A model generated the notes under the pieces. The model worked only from the letters and a program-made list of their open reading frames with translations, was not told the DNA's origin and searched no databases. Shown here one piece after another: positions 58,406 to 64,000 of a stretch of 64,000 nt of DNA. How positions within the stretch are numbered: the stretch's first letter is position 1; each line of letters starts with the position of its first letter. Origin of the DNA: Ascoidea asiatica JCM 7603 (Eukaryota; Fungi; Ascomycota); contig BCKQ01000017.1 in NCBI GenBank assembly GCA_001600695.1, positions 96,609 to 160,608 on the forward strand, written 5' to 3'. The position numbers and the translations under genes are program-made.

Positions 58406-59036
58406 TTTGATATATTTGTTATTATAATTATTTCTAGTTGATGATGAATCAGTTTCTGATGGACTATGATTATTGATATATTACTTCAATAACTGTTACC
58501 ACTCTTAACTTCCACATTCGCTTTCAGGCGATGATATTTTTCATACTCTTTCAGATGCTGATTCTCTAAGTCCAGTGCCGAGCACCTGACCGCCGCTGTC
58601 CTCCAGCCTCAGAAATCGATTTCAAAACCTCTGTTCAAGTTCAAAAACGGAGCACGTGCCAAGTACGAGCTTCGAGCTGAGTGACTGCCCGTTTCAGGAT
58701 GACTTCTGTGACTGCTTTTTTTCTAGTGGTAGGCGAATCTGAAGGCCAGTTGAACTGAACGGGTTTTCATCTAAGCAAGATCCTTGAAAGATTGTTACTT
58801 GCCCCGGGTAATATTAAATCCAATGTTTCATTATTTGACGTTGCATTTTACTTATTTCAAAGTTTATTGGAACCATTGCGATGGTTTGCAACAAAAATAT
58901 ATCCATTTAAAGTCCAAATATTTGGAACTCCTTTGATTCATGATATTGTACTACAAAATTATTATGAAATCTATCCACATTTTTAAAAATTGTAAAATAA
59001 ATATACATTAAAATTAAAATTTATAAATAACATTCA

Positions 59037-61055
59037 TTACCTTGATAATATTGCAACACTTTCAACATGATGAGTTTGAGGGAAAAAGTCAAATCCAGTA
59101 ATAGTTTCAATTTTAAATTGAATACCATTTTTAGTATTATTAATAAAAAATTCTAAATCTCTTGCTTGAGAATGAACATTACAAGAAACATAAATAATTT
59201 TTTTTGGATTATAATCAGATAATTGATTTAAAAATAATTCATCACAACCTTTTCTTGGAGGATCTAAAATTACAGAAGTTTCATCATTTGGTGTTAAAAC
59301 ACTTTTAAAAATTTCTTCAGCTTTACCATAAATATATTCAGCATTTAAAATATTATTTTTTTCTTTATTTTTATAAGCAAAATCAACACTATCTTTTGAA
59401 ACTTCAACACCAATTACTTTTTTAACAAAATTTGAAGCTGTTATACTAAATAAACCTGAACCACAATATGCATCAATTAAATAATTTATTGAATTTTCTT
59501 TATTTTCATTTAAATTAAATAAATTTTCTCTAACAAATTTTGTAATAATTGGTAAAATTGAATTATTATTTTGAAAAAATTCACCTGCAGAAAATTGAAA
59601 AATTTTATCATCAATTTTTTCTTGAACAATTTGTCTTGAATTTGTTACACAAGTTTTAATAATTTCATTTTCTTTAATATATGAAATTTTATTTGTTTTA
59701 AAATCTTTTGAAGCTTCTTCAAGATTTAAAAATTTTTCAAAATCATTTGAAATTTCAATTTCATTTGTTTCATTAGTTTCATTAACTAAATTATTTGGTA
59801 AAATTCTTGTATTTTCTCTTAATAAAATAGTTGCACCTTTTTTATAAAGATTATTTTTAAATTTATTTTTAAAAACTTCTCTTTCATTTTTTAAACCAAT
59901 ATTTAAAATTTTTGTACCAATATTACATTCTTCAATATCTAAAATTGAGAAATTTCCACCTTCAGTTTTTCTCCATTCTGGTTTACCTTTTGAACCAAAA
60001 CCTAAAGATGGTAAATAATCATTATCATTATTTTTAAAATTTTTTTTATTAAATTTTTTTGGTAAATCAAAATGTGGAGTTAATTTTGTTCTATAATTAT
60101 ATTTTAATGGAGAACTTATTGTATTTGAAATTTCAGGTATTAAATTTTTTTTAATTAAATTTTTTGCAAAAAATTTATAAGCATTTTTTATTGTATTTTT
60201 TTTAAAAATTAATTGATTTTGATAAGAAACAGATTGAAATTGACAACCAGAACATTTACCAAAATATTTACAATTAATTAAATTATTATCTCTTAAATTT
60301 GAATTTTTAATAATTTTTATTAAATCAGCTTCAACATAATTTTCTAAAGTTTTAAAAATTCTAATATTAACAATATCACCAGGTAAAGAAAAAGGTATTA
60401 AAACAATTTGAAAATTATTTAAAATTAAAGGATTTTGAATAATTGAAATACCATCACCATTTGAAGATAATTTTAAAATTTGAACATTATTAACAATTCT
60501 ATTATATTTATTTTGTAAAATTAAATCATTTAAAATTTCATTAACATTATTTTTAATTTGATTTAAATTTAAATTTTTTTCAATTAATAAATCATTAATT
60601 TCAAATTGTAAAACACCAATTGGAGAAATTGGATCAATTTTTTTTGGTCTAAATCTTCTTTTTTTTTTTTTAATTTTTTTTATATTTTCATTTATTAATA
60701 ATTTTTGTTTTTTATTATTATCATTAATTTGATCATTTATATTATTTATATTATTTATATTATTTATATTATTTATGTTATTTATGTTATTTTCCATTTG
60801 ATCTTCAATTTGAATTTGTATTTGATTTTGATTAATTATTTTTGGAGATTCCATTGAATCTATTCTTCTTTTTTTATCATTATCTATAAGATTATTATTG
60901 TTATCTATTTGATTATTATTATCAGTCATTTTCAAAGTTAATAAATTTCTCTTAAATTGAAATTGAGATTTATTAGTAAAATATAAATTAGATGTTAAAT
61001 TTAAATTAAAATAATAATTTTTCAATACTTTATAAGAATTTAAGATATTTTTCAT
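59037..61055 (-). CDS. TRM2: tRNA (uracil-5-)-methyltransferase
   Basis: TRAM domain, CKYFGKCSGCQ, YRTKLTPHF, FFQNN, DAYCGSGLF, LDPPRKGC, YVSCN, DFFPQTHHVE. Confidence 0.96.
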   Translation of the reverse strand: MKNILNSYKVLKNYYFNLNLTSNLYFTNKSQFQFKRNLLTLKMTDNNNQIDNNNNLIDNDKKRRIDSMESPKIINQNQIQIQIEDQMENNINNINNINNINNINNINDQINDNNKKQKLLINENIKKIKKKKRRFRPKKIDPISPIGVLQFEINDLLIEKNLNLNQIKNNVNEILNDLILQNKYNRIVNNVQILKLSSNGDGISIIQNPLILNNFQIVLIPFSLPGDIVNIRIFKTLENYVEADLIKIIKNSNLRDNNLINCKYFGKCSGCQFQSVSYQNQLIFKKNTIKNAYKFFAKNLIKKNLIPEISNTISSPLKYNYRTKLTPHFDLPKKFNKKNFKNNDNDYLPSLGFGSKGKPEWRKTEGGNFSILDIEECNIGTKILNIGLKNEREVFKNKFKNNLYKKGATILLRENTRILPNNLVNETNETNEIEISNDFEKFLNLEEASKDFKTNKISYIKENEIIKTCVTNSRQIVQEKIDDKIFQFSAGEFFQNNNSILPIITKFVRENLFNLNENKENSINYLIDAYCGSGLFSITASNFVKKVIGVEVSKDSVDFAYKNKEKNNILNAEYIYGKAEEIFKSVLTPNDETSVILDPPRKGCDELFLNQLSDYNPKKIIYVSCNVHSQARDLEFFINNTKNGIQFKIETITGFDFFPQTHHVESVAILSR

Positions 61056-63323
61056 AATTTTGTTTTAAAATTATAATTATAAATTGAATATATAATTATA
61101 TATAGATCATTATTACAAATTAATTTTTCAATTCATTATTTCAATTATTTCAAATCGATTACTTTTTTCATATTTATTGTTAAAGTCAATAATTTTTTTT
61201 TTCATTTTTCAATTTTCAAAATAACTTTGGAAGTAAATTGAAACCGTTGCAGTGGGACCAATCGGCGACAAATTATAAAAAAGTAATTTATAATCAGTTT
61301 GGCAAAACAACAGAAAAACAGAAAAACAGAAAAATCAAACAAGAAACAAGAAAAGAGAGAAAAGAGAGAAATGAGAGAAATGAGAGAAATGAGAAATGAA
61401 GAGAAATGAAAAGGTTAAATAGTCTTTGATAAATACTGCCAGGAACAAAAAAGAAGAAGCGAAAAGAAGAATCAGCTGATTGCAGTTGTTGGTTTGGGAG
61501 AAGTGGCAGCAGTGGCAGTTGCGTTTGAATTAGCAGTTGCGTTTGCGTTTGCGTTTGCGTTTGTGGTTCTATTGCTTTTGCTGTTTTTGCTGAAACTGAT
61601 GATGTTTGTTCTTCTTGTTCTTGTTCTTGTTCTTCTTTACCATGTTTATTTTTAGAAACAGATTACTTTCATCTGACGTTGTAATACAATATTATGACAA
61701 CAACACTGTCATAGTGTTGTATTTTACATGCTTTTAGCACGGCAGTTTCATTTTCTTTTCTTTTCTTTTCTTTTCCACGCTATTATCATTCATTTAATTT
61801 CATCTCATTTCATTTTCCATTTTCCATTTACCTTTTACCTTTAATCTTTATCTTTATCTTTATCTTTATCTTAGGTTTTTATTTTAAGATGACGGTGAAA
61901 TTTTCCGGTAGCGGAAAAGTAATGAAATAGTCTGTGGAATAACTTGGAATAACTTGGAATAACTTGGAGCGTATTACAAAAAGTGCAGCTTAAGAAAAGT
62001 GGCTCAATTTGGGTTTAGAACTAGCTTCATTTGCAGGGTAAAATAGTTATAAGTGTATAAATATGTTTAGTAAAGTAGTAAAGCTTAAACTAGCCTAACC
62101 TAACGCTTAATATTCTGTCATTTTATTGGCTGAAAGTGGATTTACTGAACCTAATAGCACACAATATGCTTATTAACAAATGCACAAAGAAGTCAAGTCA
62201 CTCCAACACAACAAAGTGAACCAGAGTCGATGGAAATCTGAGGAATTGCGGTGTACTGTTCCAATAACGTTATCTATTGCTATGGCAGAGAGTCTAGGAG
62301 CAGGCCTTTTGCTCTATTTCTGGATTTCATTTCAGCTTGTTTCATTTTAGATAGTGGAATCTACAATTAATCTACAGTTAAATTGGGTATTAAATCTGCT
62401 ACTGTATCACATCTACGTTGCAGTGGTTCTTCATCCAATCCCATCTCATATCCTCAAACACTGTCTATCAATTGTAAGAATTATGATAATATGAGCCAGT
62501 ATACTGGCTACTGGATTATGGAATTGCCATTCTAGGAAGGCGAGTAATTGAATTAGGAAGTATGCTATGTACTTTCTTTGATTTCTACTCTTATTTCCTC
62601 TCGTAGAGACAACAATTTGACCTTGTTTACTGTTTCCAGCAATGCAACACCACCAGAGTTGTTGAGTTGCTACTCCCAAGTAGTTAAAAAACGGGCCTCT
62701 TTAGACATCTCTGTAGAAGTCTCTGTGGAAATCTCTTTAACAGTACACAACTCTAATTCCGCCTTCACAAAATCCAGAGTCTTTCCCTCCCAGCAATCAA
62801 AATTGAATATTTGCAGTCCCTTCACAGATCTTTCTTCAGAAATCTTCTTTAAAAAGCAGCTCGAAAAGCAGCTGAGAAAAGAGCTTTTCGAGAAGTTTCT
62901 TTTTCGGTGGTCAGATCTGCGTCTTGGCGTCTGGCTGCCTGAGCTTTAGATTTTAGCTGGCGTTGGGCTGCAGCTCCCTTTTATTTTACTGCACAATTTT
63001 ATAATTTATCGGATTTCCTTTAAATTTATTGCATTTTCGTTATACACTGCAAAATTTCTACTCTTACTTTATTCGAAATAATCAAAATAATCAAAATCTT
63101 CAATTTTTTCAATATAAAAACTTCTTCATTTCCTGACTTTTCTATCCTTTTTTTTTTTAACCCTTTTTCCTTTTACTTTTACTTTCTCTTAGATATTTCT
63201 TCAAGTTTATTCCATATTTAAAATTATATCGATTAAATTCTAGTTACAAACTAACTTACATACATTCGCTCAAAAATATACTTATATTTTAATTAATTAT
63301 TAATAATTTTACTTTTAAAAAAA

Positions 63324-63686
63324 ATGCATTTCTCATCTTATGCTTTAGTCGCTTTAGTTGCCTCAGTCGCTTCTGCTGCTTATACTAATACAACCATCAC
63401 TGATATTGGTACTACTGTTATTACCATTACTTCATGTGTTTCTCATACTGCATGTACTGAAATTCCAGTTACAACTGGTGTAACTGTTGTTACTTCTACT
63501 ATTGAAGGTGTAGAAACTATTTACACAACTTATTGTCCATTAACTTCAACTGAATCTGTTGTTGAAGCAACTTCTGCTGAAACTTCTTCTGCTCCTGAAG
63601 TTGAAACTGCAAATGGTGCTAATAAAGCTGTTATTGGTGGGTTAGCCGGTTCTTTATTCGGTGCTGCCGGTTTATTATTATTATAA
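63324..63686 (+). CDS. Ccw12/Pga59-like GPI cell wall mannoprotein
   Basis: Signal peptide, TTVITITSC...C, VTTGVT......TIYTTYCPL (flocculin type 3 repeat), GPI tail ANGAN..GAAGLLLL. Confidence 0.9.
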   Translation: MHFSSYALVALVASVASAAYTNTTITDIGTTVITITSCVSHTACTEIPVTTGVTVVTSTIEGVETIYTTYCPLTSTESVVEATSAETSSAPEVETANGANKAVIGGLAGSLFGAAGLLLL

Positions 63687-63906
63687 TTTTAATATAATTA
63701 ATATAATTAATACTAATTAATACTAATTAATATAATAATTTATTCCCTTTTCATTTCTTTTCAACTTCTTATAAAATAAATATATTCAAAAAAATATATT
63801 TAAAAATTCTTATTTTCTTCATTAATTCTTTAACTCATTAATTCATTATTTCATTAATTATTTTAATTCCTTAATTTTATAAATTCTTTATAATTCTTTA
63901 TAATAT

Positions 63907-64000
63907 ATATTTATATTTATATTTATATTTATATTTATATTTATATTTATATTTATATTTATATTTATATTTATATTTATATTTATATTTATATTTATAT
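63907..64000 (+). repeat. (ATATTT)n hexanucleotide microsatellite running to the window end
   Basis: About 15 perfect units. Confidence 0.9.

Noticed and set aside
63907-64000. Telomeric repeat or CRISPR-like array
   Set aside because: A pure AT hexamer microsatellite with no G-rich strand and no spacers.

Overview
Eukaryotic DNA: an extremely AT-rich budding-yeast (Saccharomycotina) chromosome segment with about 29 protein-coding genes. I found no tRNA, rRNA, transposon or CRISPR array. Asn-microsatellite-riddled proteins, near-absence of CTG codons and retained ancestral genes suggest an Ascoidea-like yeast (inference). Order: an RNase III-family gene running off the left edge (missing from the ORF track), KRE9, MRP49, MRPL38, two tandem MNN4-like LicD genes, PHO8, RPA34, eIF3L, a second inverted secreted-type alkaline phosphatase, an Anp1/GT62-like gene, a spliced zinc-ribbon gene, an orphan, HAL5/KKQ8 kinase, a bacterial-like MutT Nudix, PI-PLC, a divergent velvet-like protein, a PH protein, GIM5, a GPI protein, UBX2, SEC72, MTC4-like, LIP5, NPL4 (2 introns), a PITH protein, RPS21 (1 intron, missing from the ORF track), TRM2 and a CCW12-like gene. 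Most notable: (1) an apparently catalytically dead Rnt1/Dicer-like protein, (2) a velvet-like transcription factor in a yeast, (3) a mannan-phosphorylation/phosphatase neighbourhood with a secreted Pho8 paralog, (4) GC/CpG-rich promoter islands in a genome whose coding DNA is more AT-rich. All family calls come from by-eye motif recognition, not database searches.
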